From an uncultured Actinomycetota bacterium (lineage in GTDB: Bacteria; Actinomycetota; Actinomycetes; Mycobacteriales; Jatrophihabitantaceae), in assembly GCA_963794885.1 (NCBI GenBank), contig CAWCFH010000008.1:169-64168 (forward strand): a stretch of 64,000 nucleotides of DNA. Direction: 5' to 3'. A program made the translations under genes and the position numbers. Under the pieces are notes generated by a model. It was not told where the DNA came from, ran no database searches, and saw only the letters and a list, made by a program, of their open reading frames with translations. Positions 34,096 through 44,407 of this stretch are shown here, piece by piece. Positions within the stretch are counted from its first letter, which is position 1. Each line of letters begins with the position of its first letter.

Positions 34096-34267
34096 GTGTT
34101 CGATAGTAGGAGTACCCTCTGACAGTTTCCGGGTCAGAATCGCGAGAGAATCCCCAAAAGAATTTGAAGAAATTTCAGCGCAGACCCGAAACGCACAACC
34201 GAAAGCGGCAACCAGCCAACCACTCAACGACCTCGTCGGTGCCGCTTTAGAAGGCGACCACAACGGG

Positions 34268-35284
34268 TCAAGCCCGAGGATGCGCCCGAGCGTAGGTCTG
34301 GCGCAGCCGCTCAACCGAGATGTGCGTGTACAGCTGCGTAGTCGCGAGGCTTGCGTGGCCGAGCAGTTCCTGAACCATCCGCAGATCCGCGCCCCCGTCG
34401 AGCAGATGCGTGGCTGCGGAGTGCCGCAATCCGTGCGGTCCGATGTCGGGCGCGCCCGGAACCCCGGCCACCGCACGATGCACGACCGTGCGCACCGTGC
34501 GCGGATCGATCCGCCCGCCACGAGCGCCGAGCAGCAGCGCCGCCCCGCTCGAAGCCCCGATCAGGTCACGGCGCCCGCGCGACAACCAATCGTCAAGCGC
34601 CCGCTCAGCCGCAAGCCCGTACGGAACGGTGCGCTCCTTCGCGCCCTTGCCGAGCACCCGCACGACGCGCCGGCCGCGATCGACGTCGTCGAGGTCGAGC
34701 CCGACCAACTCAGAAACCCGTATACCGGTCGCGTACAGCATCTCGAGGATCAGCCGATCGCGCAGCGCCACCGCCGAGTCCGGCAGATCGTCAGGTGATC
34801 CCATTGCGGCTGCTGCCTCGGCAGCATCGAGTACCGGCGGCAGCGTGCGGTGTGCACGCGGACTCGCCAGCAAGGCACCGGCATCGGTCTCGGCGAGTCC
34901 GCTGTGATGCGCCCACGCAGTGAACGTGCGCAGCGCTGCGGCCCGCCGGGCCAGGCTGGTGCGTGCGGCCCCACGCCGCCGCAGGATCGCCAACCAACCC
35001 CGCAACATGGCCAGGTCAAGATCGGCAACCGAGCGGCCACCGAGCTTGGCCAGATGATCGAGCAGCCCCACAACATCGCCGAGATAAGCCCGCACGGTGT
35101 GCGGTGACCGGTTGGCCTCGAGCCGAAGGTGGCGCTCGAAGGCGTCGAGCGCCTCGCCTAGCCCGGCCGGCAGCCCAGCGCGCAGCGCAGCGACATCCAC
35201 CCGCTCGCTGCTCGCCTGGTCGGCCACGTCTCGACGGTGCGGGAGCAACAGCGCCGATGCAAGCCGCCACGCGCGACTCGTCAC
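34268..35284 (-). CDS. xerC: site-specific tyrosine recombinase XerC
   Basis: '[38 protein letters not shown]'. The GTG start overlaps the dprA stop (GTGA). Conserved dprA-xerC synteny. Confidence 0.88.
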   Translation of the reverse strand: MTSRAWRLASALLLPHRRDVADQASSERVDVAALRAGLPAGLGEALDAFERHLRLEANRSPHTVRAYLGDVVGLLDHLAKLGGRSVADLDLAMLRGWLAILRRRGAARTSLARRAAALRTFTAWAHHSGLAETDAGALLASPRAHRTLPPVLDAAEAAAAMGSPDDLPDSAVALRDRLILEMLYATGIRVSELVGLDLDDVDRGRRVVRVLGKGAKERTVPYGLAAERALDDWLSRGRRDLIGASSGAALLLGARGGRIDPRTVRTVVHRAVAGVPGAPDIGPHGLRHSAATHLLDGGADLRMVQELLGHASLATTQLYTHISVERLRQTYARAHPRA

Positions 35285-36514
35285 CGTTTCACCGGCGGAC
35301 GCAACCGCGCGGCGATGCGATAACCGGCGTCGGAGGACTCGATGAGACCAGCCAGATCCAGCACGGGCAGCACCCTGATCACGTCGAGCGCAGAGACACC
35401 GCTGCGGGCGGCAACCTCGTCCGGACGGGCGTAGCGCCGCGCGTGCAACCCGTCGAACACCGAGCGCGCCAGCGGATCGAGCTCGTCGAGCTCGGCCCGC
35501 ACGTCACCTGGCGGCTCCTTGCTCGTCGCCAAGCCCTCGCCGGCGTGGCCCACCACGGCAAGCACGTCGTCAACGGACGTGACCAGCATCGCCGGGTCGG
35601 GATCGCGGCGCAGCAGGCTGGTGGCACCCACCGACATCGCGGAGGTCACCGGGCCGGGCACCGCCATCAACGGCCGGCCGAGAACCCGGCAGTGCCCCGC
35701 GGTGTTCATCGCCCCGGACCGACCCGCCGCCTCAACGACGACCACGCCGGTCGAGAGGGCGGCGATAAGCCGATTCCGGGTGAGGAAGCGATGCCGTTGC
35801 GGAGCGCACCCCGGTGGGCTTTCCGAGATCACCAGCCCGGTCTGCGCAGCGCGGTCGTACAGCGTGGCGTTTCCCGGCGGGTACGGCCGATCGAGGCCGC
35901 CCGCAGAAACGACGACCGTCTGCCCGCCGGCGGCCAGCGCAGCTCGGTGTGCAGCGGCGTCGATGCCGTACGCACCGCCCGAGACGACCACGACGTCGCG
36001 CCGCGCCAACCCGTAAGTCAGCTCGGCGGTCACGTGCTCGCCGTACGCGCGTCGCCGCGCGCGCACCGACGATCCCTACCGAGCGCACCCCAAGACTCGC
36101 GAGCTCGCCCGGCCCGCGCACCCACAACGCGAGCGGTGGCACCGGCTCGCCAGACTCGTTGCGGACGAACGCCGCGCGCGCCCAGGCGGCCGCCCGCGGT
36201 CGCACCGCCCCTTCCAGCGCAGCGAAGGCGAAGTGCGGCCACTCGGCCGACTCGGGGACGACCAGTCGCAACCCGTGGCGCTCGGCGGCCGCCAGATCGG
36301 CTTCGGGGTCGGCACCAACCCGCCGTGCCGCTGTCTCGGCGAGCACCCGCGGATCGGCATGCTCGGCGCGCAATGCACGCGTTGCATCGACCGGACCGAG
36401 CTCACGCACGAGCCACCACAGCGCGACACTCGCCGGTTCGCCCACCCGGCTCAGATACGCCCGAGCCAGCAACAACTCGGCATCCAGCGCCTCGCTCACG
36501 CGAGCGTCGCTCAT
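35281..36514 (-). pseudogene. dprA: DNA-processing protein DprA (Smf); one frame break
   Basis: 'VVSGGAYGIDAAAHRAAL..FLTRNRLIAALS'. N-terminal piece in ORF 35732-36964 from 'MSDARVSEALD', joining near 36040. The ATG at 36514 overlaps the upstream stop. Confidence 0.85.
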
Positions 36515-38043
36515 GCCGCCCATCCCTCGCTGCGGCCGGTGCGGAAGAACAGCGCCTCGGCAACGTCGCCGGCGGTGGGGCTGGTGTGGCCGGCCAGATC
36601 GGCCACCGACCAGGCCAACCGCAACACCCGGTCGAAGCCGCGCGCGCTGAGCTGTCCACGCTGCAGATAGGTCTCGGCCGGGGCCAGCACGCTGCGAGAC
36701 AGCGCCCACGGCACCGCGCGCAGCGCCGAGCCAGGAATCTCGCCATTGCAACGCCACGGCGTCGCCGCCCACCGGTCGCCCGCAGCCGCGCGAGCCGCCG
36801 CGACCCGAGCGGCCACCACCGACGTCGGTTCGCGAGCCTCGGCAACGTCGAACAATTCGGCGTGTGGCACAGCGTCGACATGCACCCGAACGTCGATTCG
36901 GTCGAGCAGCGGCCCGGACAGCCGCTGCTGGTAGCGCCGGCGCGCCTGCGGCGGGCAGACACACTCACGCGCCCTGCTGCCGCACGGGCACGGATTCGCC
37001 GCGAGCACGAGCAGGAACCGAGCCGGAAAGGTGACCACCCCGGCGGCCCGGTGCAGCACCACCAGTCCGCTCTCGAGCGGCTGGCGCAGTGCGTCAAGGG
37101 CGCGCGGCGGGAACTCCGGCGCCTCGTCGAGAAACAGCACGCCGCGGTGTGCCAGCGAGATCGCCCCCGGCCGGCCCAGATGCGACCCGCCGCCGACGAG
37201 CGAGGCCACCGACGCGGTGTGGTGCGGCGCCTGCCACGGTGGTTGCCGGATCAGCTGAGCGCGCTCCCCCAGCCGTCCGGCCACGGAGTGCACCGCCGTC
37301 ACCTCCAGCGACTCGGCGTCGTCGAGCGGCGGCAGCAGCCCCGGTAGCCGCTCGGCCAGCATGGTCTTTCCAGCCCCAGGCGACCCGACGAGATAGACGT
37401 GATGCCCGCCGGCCGCGGCTACCTCGATCGCTCGTTTGGCCAGCGCCTGACCGGCCACATCGGCCAGGTCAGGGCCGTTTCGCTGCGCGTCGCGATGACC
37501 CGACGGTGCGGCCGACGCCAGGGGTGGCCCGTCACCGGCGAGCGATTCGACGATCTCGCGCAGGTCGTGCGCGACCCGGACGTCGACGCCGGGCACCAAC
37601 GCGGCCTCGGCGCCGTTCGCCGCCGACACGACGACGCGATGCGCACCTGCCTCGCGAATCGCCGCGACGGCCGGCAGCACGCCCGGCACGGGTCGCAGCC
37701 GGCCGTCGAGCCCCAACTCGGCGATCCACACGACGTCACGCACCGACTCGGGCGACACACCGTCGTTGCATGCCAGCACCGCCATCGCGACCGCAAGGTC
37801 GAACCGTGAGCCGACCTTGCGCAAGTCGGCAGGCAGCAGCGCGACGGTGATCCGACGGTTGGGCCAGCTGGCGCCGGAGTTTTGCAACGCGGCCCGGATC
37901 CGATCGCGCGACTCGACCACGGAGGTATCGGCAAGTCCGGTGAACGACATCCCGGGCAGACCGGTGCCGAGATCCGCCTCGATCTCGACCAGCTGCGCCC
38001 GCACGCCGGTCAGCGCGACGCCGAGTGTGTGCGCGAGCGCCAT
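36511..38043 (-). CDS. YifB/ComM-family Mg-chelatase-like AAA+ ATPase
   Basis: 510 aa. Walker A 'LVGSPGAGKTMLA' and 'GVLFLDEAPEF'. Confidence 0.9.
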   Translation of the reverse strand: MALAHTLGVALTGVRAQLVEIEADLGTGLPGMSFTGLADTSVVESRDRIRAALQNSGASWPNRRITVALLPADLRKVGSRFDLAVAMAVLACNDGVSPESVRDVVWIAELGLDGRLRPVPGVLPAVAAIREAGAHRVVVSAANGAEAALVPGVDVRVAHDLREIVESLAGDGPPLASAAPSGHRDAQRNGPDLADVAGQALAKRAIEVAAAGGHHVYLVGSPGAGKTMLAERLPGLLPPLDDAESLEVTAVHSVAGRLGERAQLIRQPPWQAPHHTASVASLVGGGSHLGRPGAISLAHRGVLFLDEAPEFPPRALDALRQPLESGLVVLHRAAGVVTFPARFLLVLAANPCPCGSRARECVCPPQARRRYQQRLSGPLLDRIDVRVHVDAVPHAELFDVAEAREPTSVVAARVAAARAAAGDRWAATPWRCNGEIPGSALRAVPWALSRSVLAPAETYLQRGQLSARGFDRVLRLAWSVADLAGHTSPTAGDVAEALFFRTGRSEGWAA

Positions 38044-38402
38044 CAGAACGCCCCGCGCAGGTGCCGCACGCTCGGCCCGCCGGGCGCACGCCGCACGATC
38101 GCCACCACGTCGAATCGCAACTCGGGCCAGTGCCGATCGGGGTGCGCGGCCAACCAGCGCACCGCAAGCCGCCGCAACCGGGCCGCCTTGGCCGGATTGA
38201 TCGCCTCAGCCGGATCGCCGTAGGCCACCGTCGACCGCGTCTTCACCTCGACGAACACCAACACCTCGCCATCGGCGGCCACGATGTCGAGCTCGCCATC
38301 GGGACACCGCCAGTTGCGCTCGATGACCACGAGCCCCTCTGCCACCAGCGTGTCCGCGGCCAACTGCTCGCCGTAGCGCCCGACCGCATCCTTGACCCGC
38401 AT
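38043..38402 (-). CDS. YraN-family (UPF0102) endonuclease-like protein
   Basis: 119 aa. 'GELDIVAADGEVLVFVEVKTR'. Its stop overlaps the ComM-like start (ATGA). Confidence 0.85.
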   Translation of the reverse strand: MRVKDAVGRYGEQLAADTLVAEGLVVIERNWRCPDGELDIVAADGEVLVFVEVKTRSTVAYGDPAEAINPAKAARLRRLAVRWLAAHPDRHWPELRFDVVAIVRRAPGGPSVRHLRGAF

Positions 38403-38452
38403 CCGGCCACCGTGCCCGCACCGCCCGACCGGCCGTCGTCGAAACGAAGGTC

Positions 38453-38481
38453 CTGTGGACGGACTGGGTAGCTGTGGACGG
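38453..38481. repeat. direct repeat CTGTGGACGG x2 in the yraN/sulfotransferase divergent region
   Basis: 'ctgtggacgg' at 38453-38462 and 38472-38481, about 60-90 bp upstream of the sulfotransferase ATG. Confidence 0.4.
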
Positions 38482-38542
38482 CGAATTTGACGGCAGCGCA
38501 GAACGCCGGAGCTTGGTATTGTCGAGTTTGCCGGTAGACATC

Positions 38543-39510
38543 ATGGAGGCACTTGTGTCACTCCCCGACTTCCTCGTGATCGGTGCCCCGAAAGCCGGGT
38601 CGACCGCGGTGCACGAGGCGCTCGTGCGCCACCCGCAGCTGTTCCTGTCCACGCCCAAGGAACCGAAGTACTTCCTGACCGGCGGACACCGGCCGAGCCG
38701 GCGCGATCATCGCGGGCCGGGCGATGCGCACAGCCGGCAGGAATGGATCTGGCAGCGCGAGCGCTACGAGCAACTCTTCGATGCTGCGCCGCCCGGCACG
38801 CTGCGCGGCGAGAGCACCCCGTTCTACCTCTGGGACACCGCCGCGCACTTGCGCATCCGCGATGCTGTCCCGAACGCCAAGCTGATCGCGATCATCCGTG
38901 ACCCGATCGACCGCGCCTACTCGAACTGGACCCATCTGCGCGCCGACGGCCTCGAGCCCGAAGCTGACTTCCTCACCGCCTGCCGCTTGGAACGCCGGCG
39001 TGCCGACCACGGCTTCGCGCCGTTCTGGCGCTACCTCGAGCTCGGCCGCTACGGCGAGCAGCTCGAGCACCTGTTCAGCGTCTTCCCGCGCGAGCAGGTG
39101 CACGTGCTGCGCTACAAGGAGCTGATCGACGACGAGCAGTACACCCTCGACCGGATCTTCGAGTTCCTCGGCGTCGACACCGGCGTGGTGCCGAGCATCC
39201 CGCCGTCCAACACCTCCGGCTGGGCCGCCGACGGCCAGCTCAACTCCGTGCTGCGTGCAACGATCCGCGCCGGCGCCGTGCTCGGCTCCTACGTCCCGCC
39301 GAAGGTCTGGCGCCGCGCGCAGCGCCCGCTGGTCGCAGCGCTTCGAGCGCGAGCGCACCCACCGGCCGACGCTGCCCGTCGAGCAGCGGCGCGAGCTCGT
39401 CGACCACTTCCGCGACGACATCGCGCGTGCTCGAGCAGGTGCTCGACGGCGACTACTCCGACTGGCTCAGCGACGCCGGGCGCGGGACGTACGCCGTTCG
39501 GAGCTCGTGA
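38543..39510 (+). pseudogene. PAPS-dependent sulfotransferase; two frame breaks near the 3' end
   Basis: 5'-PSB loop 'VIGAPKAGSTAV' and 3'-PB 'IIRDPIDRAYSNW'. The tail '..FERERTHRPTLPVEQRRELVDHFRDDIA' then 'LEQVLDGDYSDWLSDAGRGTYAVRSS*' needs switches near 39330 and 39425. Confidence 0.75.
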
Positions 39511-40332
39511 GCTCCGTCGGCCCGCGACGCCTCCCAGTAGAGCTGGTAGCCCTCAGGTAGCGAGGCGATGCTCAGGTACCGGGCTGTCTGGCCCTCCGGC
39601 GTCGGCCCGCCCGTTGCCGCGAACTCGGCCGGACTCGCACCGACGGCAACCCCGGTGCGCTCGTGCCAGTTCTCCATGGCGCTGGCCCGGCCGTCGTAGA
39701 ACGCCGTCCACCCGCCGTCCACACTCGAGCACGCTCGCGATTCGCGTGCCCCGCGCGTCCCAGCTGCCGGCAGTCGGAGCGAGTGCCTCAGCGGCAAGCA
39801 CCCAGTCGATGCCGTCGTTGCTGGTCAGCGTACCAACTCGTCATCCGGTCGGCCTCGTCGTCGCCGCCGTCGAGCGGGTGCCGGCACGCCCACATGTGCC
39901 AGGCGTCGCCGTCGCGCTGCACGACGACGTCCTTCCACGCCGTGGCCGCATCGCCGGGCAGCACCACCTTGCGTGCGCCGTCGGCGAGATCGACCGCCTC
40001 GACCCACCAGTGCTTCGACTGCCAGGTCGAGCAGCTCACGTAGAGCCGCCACCCGCCGTCAGCGAGCGGGACGAGCGCCGGCCGCTCGAGCGAGGCGGAG
40101 TTGAACGAGTCGCTGGTGACCGTCTCGACCGTGTCGAAGTGCACGCCGTCGTGCGGACCGGGCGACCACGTTCGCGTAGCCGCGCCCCTTGTCGACGGGA
40201 CGCCGCAATCGGTACGCGAGCCAGAACGTGCCGTCCTGCCAGACCGCGGACGGGCCGCCGGCCCAGTAGCCCACGCCCTCGCCGGGCGGCGGATATCGCG
40301 GTCTGCCCTTCGTTCGCGGCGAGGATGCGCAT
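39453..40332 (-). pseudogene. five-bladed beta-propeller, glycoside-hydrolase-like (GH43/32/68/130 clan) protein of unknown specificity; at least four frame breaks
   Basis: Stitched from four minus-strand ORFs: 'MRILAANEGQTAIS|GYWAGGPSAVWQDGTFWLAYRLRRP..GYANVVARS|DGVHFDTVETV..DGGWRLYVSC..DGDAWHMWACRHP..MTSWYA|..AAEALAPTAGSWDARGTRIASV|DGGWTAFYDGRAS..YLSIASLPEGYQLYWEASRADG'. The 3' end is uncertain and overlaps the sulfotransferase 3' end. Confidence 0.5.
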
Positions 40333-40355
40333 CACCTCGGCCGCGAGTTCGCCGC

Positions 40356-40682
40356 TCAGGAGCCGAACCCGGATTTGCTGTCCGGCAGTTCCAAGTCGGG
40401 CTTGTCGAGCTCTTCGATGTTGACATCCTTGAACGTCAGGACGCGCACCGTCTTCACGAATCGCGCCGGCCGGTACATGTCCCATACCCACGCATCGCGC
40501 ATGGTCAGCTCGAAATAGACCTCGCCGTCGGCGTTGCGCGGCTGCAGATCGACCTCGTTGGTCAGGTAGAAGCGTCGTTCGGTCTCGACCACATAGGAGA
40601 ACTGCGCCGCGATGTCCTTGTACTCGCGGTAGAGCTGCAGCTCCATATCGGTCTCGTAGTTCTCGAGATCTTCGGTACTCAT
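40356..40682 (-). CDS. DUF2469 conserved actinobacterial protein (Rv2901c-like)
   Basis: 108 aa. 'MSTEDLENYETDMELQLYREYKDIAAQFSYVVETERRFYLTN'. Confidence 0.85.
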   Translation of the reverse strand: MSTEDLENYETDMELQLYREYKDIAAQFSYVVETERRFYLTNEVDLQPRNADGEVYFELTMRDAWVWDMYRPARFVKTVRVLTFKDVNIEELDKPDLELPDSKSGFGS

Positions 40683-40689
40683 GACCTGT

Positions 40690-41418
40690 TCACGCTATCT
40701 CCAACGGCATGTCGTCTATGACATTCTCCCTTACCAGCTCCCCGCCGTCGAGGGCGCGTCGCACGTTGACGTATCGGCGGCGGTGCTCGTCGCACGGCCC
40801 GTGCGTGGTCAGTGCTCGCGCATGGGCCGCGGTGACATAGCCCTTGTGCTTGTCGAACTCGTACTGCGGCCAGCGATCGTGCAGCTCGGTCATGATCGCG
40901 TCCCGGGTCACCTTGGCCAGGATGGACGCCGCGGCGATGCAGGCAACGGTCGCATCGCCCTTCCACACGGCGGTCGCGGGCGTGCCGAGACCGGGCACCG
41001 GGAAGCCGTCGGTGAGCGTGTAGGACGGCGCCGGGTCGAGTTGCCCGACTGCGCGGCGCATGCCGGCCAGGTTGGCGACGTGCAATCCGTACGCGTCGAT
41101 CTCGGCAGCCGGGACGACGACGATCGAGTACGCGACCGCGCGCCGGACGACCTCGGCGTAGAGCCGCTCGCGGGTCGGCGCGGTGAGCAGCTTCGAGTCG
41201 GTGAGCCCGTCGATGCAGCCGCGCCGGCCGGGCGGCAGCACGCACGCGGCGACGACCAGCGGGCCGGCGCATGCGCCGCGTCCCGCTTCGTCAGCGCCGG
41301 CGACCAGGCCGAAACCTGCGCGGGCCAGCGCGGCTTCATAGGCGTTCAGGCCGGTGTCGCGGCGCACGATCAGCCGCGGCGGCGAGATCGCCGTTCGAGC
41401 CAAGACCGTCCTGCCCAT
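40690..41418 (-). CDS. rnhB: ribonuclease HII
   Basis: 'GADEAGRGACAGPLVVAAC' and 'DSKLLT'. 242 aa. Confidence 0.92.
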   Translation of the reverse strand: MGRTVLARTAISPPRLIVRRDTGLNAYEAALARAGFGLVAGADEAGRGACAGPLVVAACVLPPGRRGCIDGLTDSKLLTAPTRERLYAEVVRRAVAYSIVVVPAAEIDAYGLHVANLAGMRRAVGQLDPAPSYTLTDGFPVPGLGTPATAVWKGDATVACIAAASILAKVTRDAIMTELHDRWPQYEFDKHKGYVTAAHARALTTHGPCDEHRRRYVNVRRALDGGELVRENVIDDMPLEIA

Positions 41419-41430
41419 GACGGATCGAGG

Positions 41431-41896
41431 TTACCGGGCGCCGGCGCGGTCACGGAGCAGGTCGACCAGTACCGCACCCAGATCAGCCGGCACGACAACC
41501 GCGTCGGTCGCGCGCAGCTCGTCCAACGGCCACCAGCGCAACCCGAGCCAGGTCTGCTGCTCGACGCCGGTGAGGCTGTGCGGACGGGCCTCAGTGCCGT
41601 CCGCGACCCGCACGAGGAAGAAATGGTCGACCTGGTCGTAGTCGACGCCGGCCCACGACCAGTCGCGCCGGGTGACGAGCACGGGCTCGACGTCGGCGGC
41701 TAGCGTCGACGCGGATGCCGGTCTCTTCGTAGGCCTCCCGCGCGGCGGCCTCCCGTGGCTGCTCGCCGGCTTCGACGCCACCGCCAGGCGTGAGCCAGTG
41801 CGTCGTGCCGTCCTCGAGCCGTTCGTGGATCAGCAGGACGCGTTCGGAGCGGTCGACCAGCAGCACGCGGCCGCCGAGCCGCGCGACCGGCGTCAT
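41431..41896 (-). pseudogene. NUDIX hydrolase; one frame break
   Basis: Nudix box 'GGGVEAGEQPREAAAREAYEETG'. Switch near 41705. The ATG at 41896 overlaps the reconstructed lepB stop (ATGA). Confidence 0.75.
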
Positions 41897-42931
41897 CGCC
41901 GCCTGCGCCTCCGCCGCACGAACCAGACCAGCGGCGCGATCACCAGTACCGGCGCGGTGCCGGACCCGGCCAGCGCGTTCGACGCGGAGGTGAACGTCTT
42001 CGGGCGTGCCGAGCGTGGTCCAGCGCGACGGCGGCCAGGCGATGACGAACGCCTTGCCGATCACATCGCTGACCGGGACGGTCGCCGAGTTGACGTTGCA
42101 CGTCGAGTTGTCCGGGCCGTCGGTGCCCCCCTCGCCGCAGTGATAGCGCGAGTCGGCCGACCGGTCACGGTGGTCGCCCATGACCCACAGCCGGCCCTTG
42201 GGCACGGTGATCGGGCCGAACTTCGCGCGTGGGTCGCTGCCGGTTTCGTAGACGTAGGTCTCGTCGAGCTTGCGCCACGGACCCGACGTGCCGTCGCGCA
42301 CGAACACGTCGCCGGCGGCGTCGCCCTTGACGCTCTGCCCGCCGATCGCGATCACCCGCTTGACCAGCACCATGCCGTCCGGCGGGACGAAACCGATCAG
42401 CTGGCCGAAGCCGCGAATCGCACGCAGCACCGGATTGCTCGGCGGCACCGACGGCGGCTCGTCGTCCCAGCCGGGCGGCGCATTGAACACGACGATGTCG
42501 CCGGGGTGCGGGTCGCGGAAGTCGTACACGATCTTGCTGACCAGGATCCGGTCGCCCGAACATCCCGGGACAGCCGTGCAGCGTCTTCTCCATCGACTCG
42601 GACGGGATGTAGAACGGCTGCACCAGGAACGTCTTGACGAGGATCGCGATGACGATCGCGAGCCCGATCAGCGCGGGCAGCTCCCACCACGGCGCCTTGC
42701 GATGCTTGCGGCGGTGCCGGCGCGACTGGCGGTCGGACTTCTCGCCGGCCGCGCCGGCGGCTCTGGCGGGCTCGCTCGACGGCTGCTTGGTCAGGTCGAC
42801 CGGCGCCGGCGCCGGCGTCAGTCGGCAGAGCGGTGCCTGGCCGGGTTCTCGTCAGCCGTCTCATCGATGTCGAACGAGTCGGCCAGTTCCTCGTCGTCAG
42901 CGGGCTCGCGCCGACGGTCGTCGTCGGTCAT
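41893..42931 (-). pseudogene. lepB: signal peptidase I; at least three frame breaks as given
   Basis: 'PFYIPSESMEKTL', 'MVLVKRVIAIGG' and 'VMGDHRDRSADSR'. An acidic N-terminal extension starts at ATG 42931. The reconstructed C-terminus is 'APVLVIAPLVWFVRRRRRRR*'. Switches near 42820, 42570 and 42000. Confidence 0.85.
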
Positions 42932-42971
42932 CCAGTCTGCGGGAGCGCGGCCGCGACAACAGCGAGCGCGA

Positions 42972-43328
42972 TCAACGAGCGACGGTTTCGCGCTTCTCCT
43001 TGATCTTGGCCTTCTTCCCGCGGAGATCGCGCAGGTAGTACAGCTTGGCGCGGCGGACATCGCCGCGGGTGACGACCTCGATCTTCTCGATCACCGGGGT
43101 GTGCACCGGGAAGGTGCGCTCGACGCCCACGCCGAAGCTGACCTTGCGCACGGTGAAGGTCTCGCGCACGCCGCCGCCCTGGCGGCGGATAACCGCGCCC
43201 TGGAAGACCTGGATGCGGGAGCGGTTGCCCTCGACGACGCGCACATGCACCTTCAGCGTGTCGCCGGGACGGAAGTCGGGCACATCGCTGCGCAGCGACT
43301 CGGCGTCCAAGGTGTCGAGGGTGTTCAT
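42972..43328 (-). CDS. rplS: 50S ribosomal protein L19
   Basis: '[44 protein letters not shown]'. ATG at 43328. Confidence 0.95.
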   Translation of the reverse strand: MNTLDTLDAESLRSDVPDFRPGDTLKVHVRVVEGNRSRIQVFQGAVIRRQGGGVRETFTVRKVSFGVGVERTFPVHTPVIEKIEVVTRGDVRRAKLYYLRDLRGKKAKIKEKRETVAR

Positions 43329-43470
43329 GTCGGATTCGCTTCCTTCGTCGTCGATCTCAGGCTCTGGCCCGGAACAGCCGATGACGGGCGCGATCTGGGC
43401 GCCGACCGGGCTGCGGGCAACCCCACGATGATGCCACATTGCCCGGCCTGAAGTCGCATCGCCCTCAGCG

Positions 43471-44269
43471 TCAGTGGGCGATCAGCTTCGGGTCCGGCGC
43501 CTGCAGCTTGACGCTCATGTTGTACGCGCGCAGCCGCACGATGCCCGACACCGCGGATTTCGGCGCCACGCGGGTCCGCGCGACGACCGGGCGTCCGCTG
43601 CCGTCGATCCACAGGCCGAGCCGGGCGGACGAGACGTGCTGGTGCATCAGCGTGGCCCGGATCGGCAGCCTTGGCCGGCAGCTTGCGCACCGCTGTGGTG
43701 ACGGCGTACCGCGCTGCCGGGACGCCTACCACCACCCCGCTGCCCTGCAGGACGGTCGTTCCGGCCTTGACGAGCGCGAGCACGTTTCCCGGAGCCAGCA
43801 GTTGCTCGGTGGCCGCGAGCGCGGCGCGCACCGTGCGCAGGTCGCGGCTGCCGCCCGATCGCGGCACCGGCGACCACGGCTTGCCCGGCCTGGCCGGCTT
43901 GGGCAGTTGCGCGTAAGTCACCGAATTGACCAGCAGCACGTGCACGCCGTGCAGCCGGCCGATGTCGGCGGTCAGATCGAGGCCGGTCACCCGGCCGTTG
44001 ACCATCGTCGCGGCACCGTTGCCCTTGATCGAGACCCCGCCGTCCTTCGCGCTGACGGTGAAGTGGGCGCTGCCGGTCGTCCGCAAGCCGTGCTGCATCA
44101 GGGCGGCGACCTCGGCACTGTGCTTGGGCAGTTGCTTGGGCAAGGACGGCACGGCCGTCGGCAGCGGCGAAACCTTCGGGCCGCTGCCTCCCGACGAGGA
44201 GCACGCGCCGGCGAAGACGGCGACCGCGACGAGTCCGGCCGCGAGAGTGAGTCGGGGAACGCGGGGCAC
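43471..44269 (-). pseudogene. lipoprotein at the position of mycobacterial lppW; one frame break
   Basis: Lipobox 'AVFAGAC|SSS'. The C-terminal part '..[46 protein letters not shown]' is in another frame, with a switch near 43665. Confidence 0.65.
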
Positions 44270-44296
44270 GGGAGTTCTCTTTCCTGGTCAACGCTA

Positions 44297-44328
44297 GGCG
44301 CCCCGCCCGAGGAACCGGGCGGGGCGCC
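44297..44328. terminator. GC-rich stem-loop downstream of the surface-protein gene
   Basis: Perfect 13-bp arms 'ggcgccccgcccg' and 'cgggcggggcgcc' with a 6-nt loop. Confidence 0.55.
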
Positions 44329-44407
44329 AGCGTGTCAGTCCGGACCGGTCCCCGTCGAGTCGAAGCCCGACGGGGGCCGGATCACCGGCTTACGGCGTCC
44401 TGCTGCA

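Noticed and set aside
34268-35284. The tyrosine recombinase considered as a phage or ICE integrase marking a mobile element with the adjacent HNH gene.
   Set aside because: It overlaps dprA in the conserved dprA-xerC arrangement and has XerC-type motifs. There is no excisionase and there are no att-like flanking repeats or phage genes.
34963-37347. 794-aa plus-strand ORF. The same pattern applies to 110-970(-), 10780-11985(-), 15008-16429(-), 24347-25309(+), 26543-27697(+) and 45635-46846(+).
   Set aside because: These are antisense shadow ORFs typical of high-GC DNA. They are Arg/Ala/Pro/Gly-rich and lie exactly opposite genes with unmistakable conserved motifs (xerC/dprA/comM, ald, MFS, frr/pyrH, rpsB, the surface protein). 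They have no RBS.
38474-40423. 649-aa ORF beginning with the sulfotransferase.
   Set aside because: Only the first ~265 residues are sulfotransferase-like. The remainder is Arg/Pro-rich antisense read-through of the beta-propeller gene, after a frame break near 39330.
41591-42529. 312-aa ORF that looks like a LepB-NUDIX fusion protein.
   Set aside because: A different frame gives LepB a proper C-terminus and a stop overlapping the NUDIX ATG. The fusion is most simply an indel artefact.
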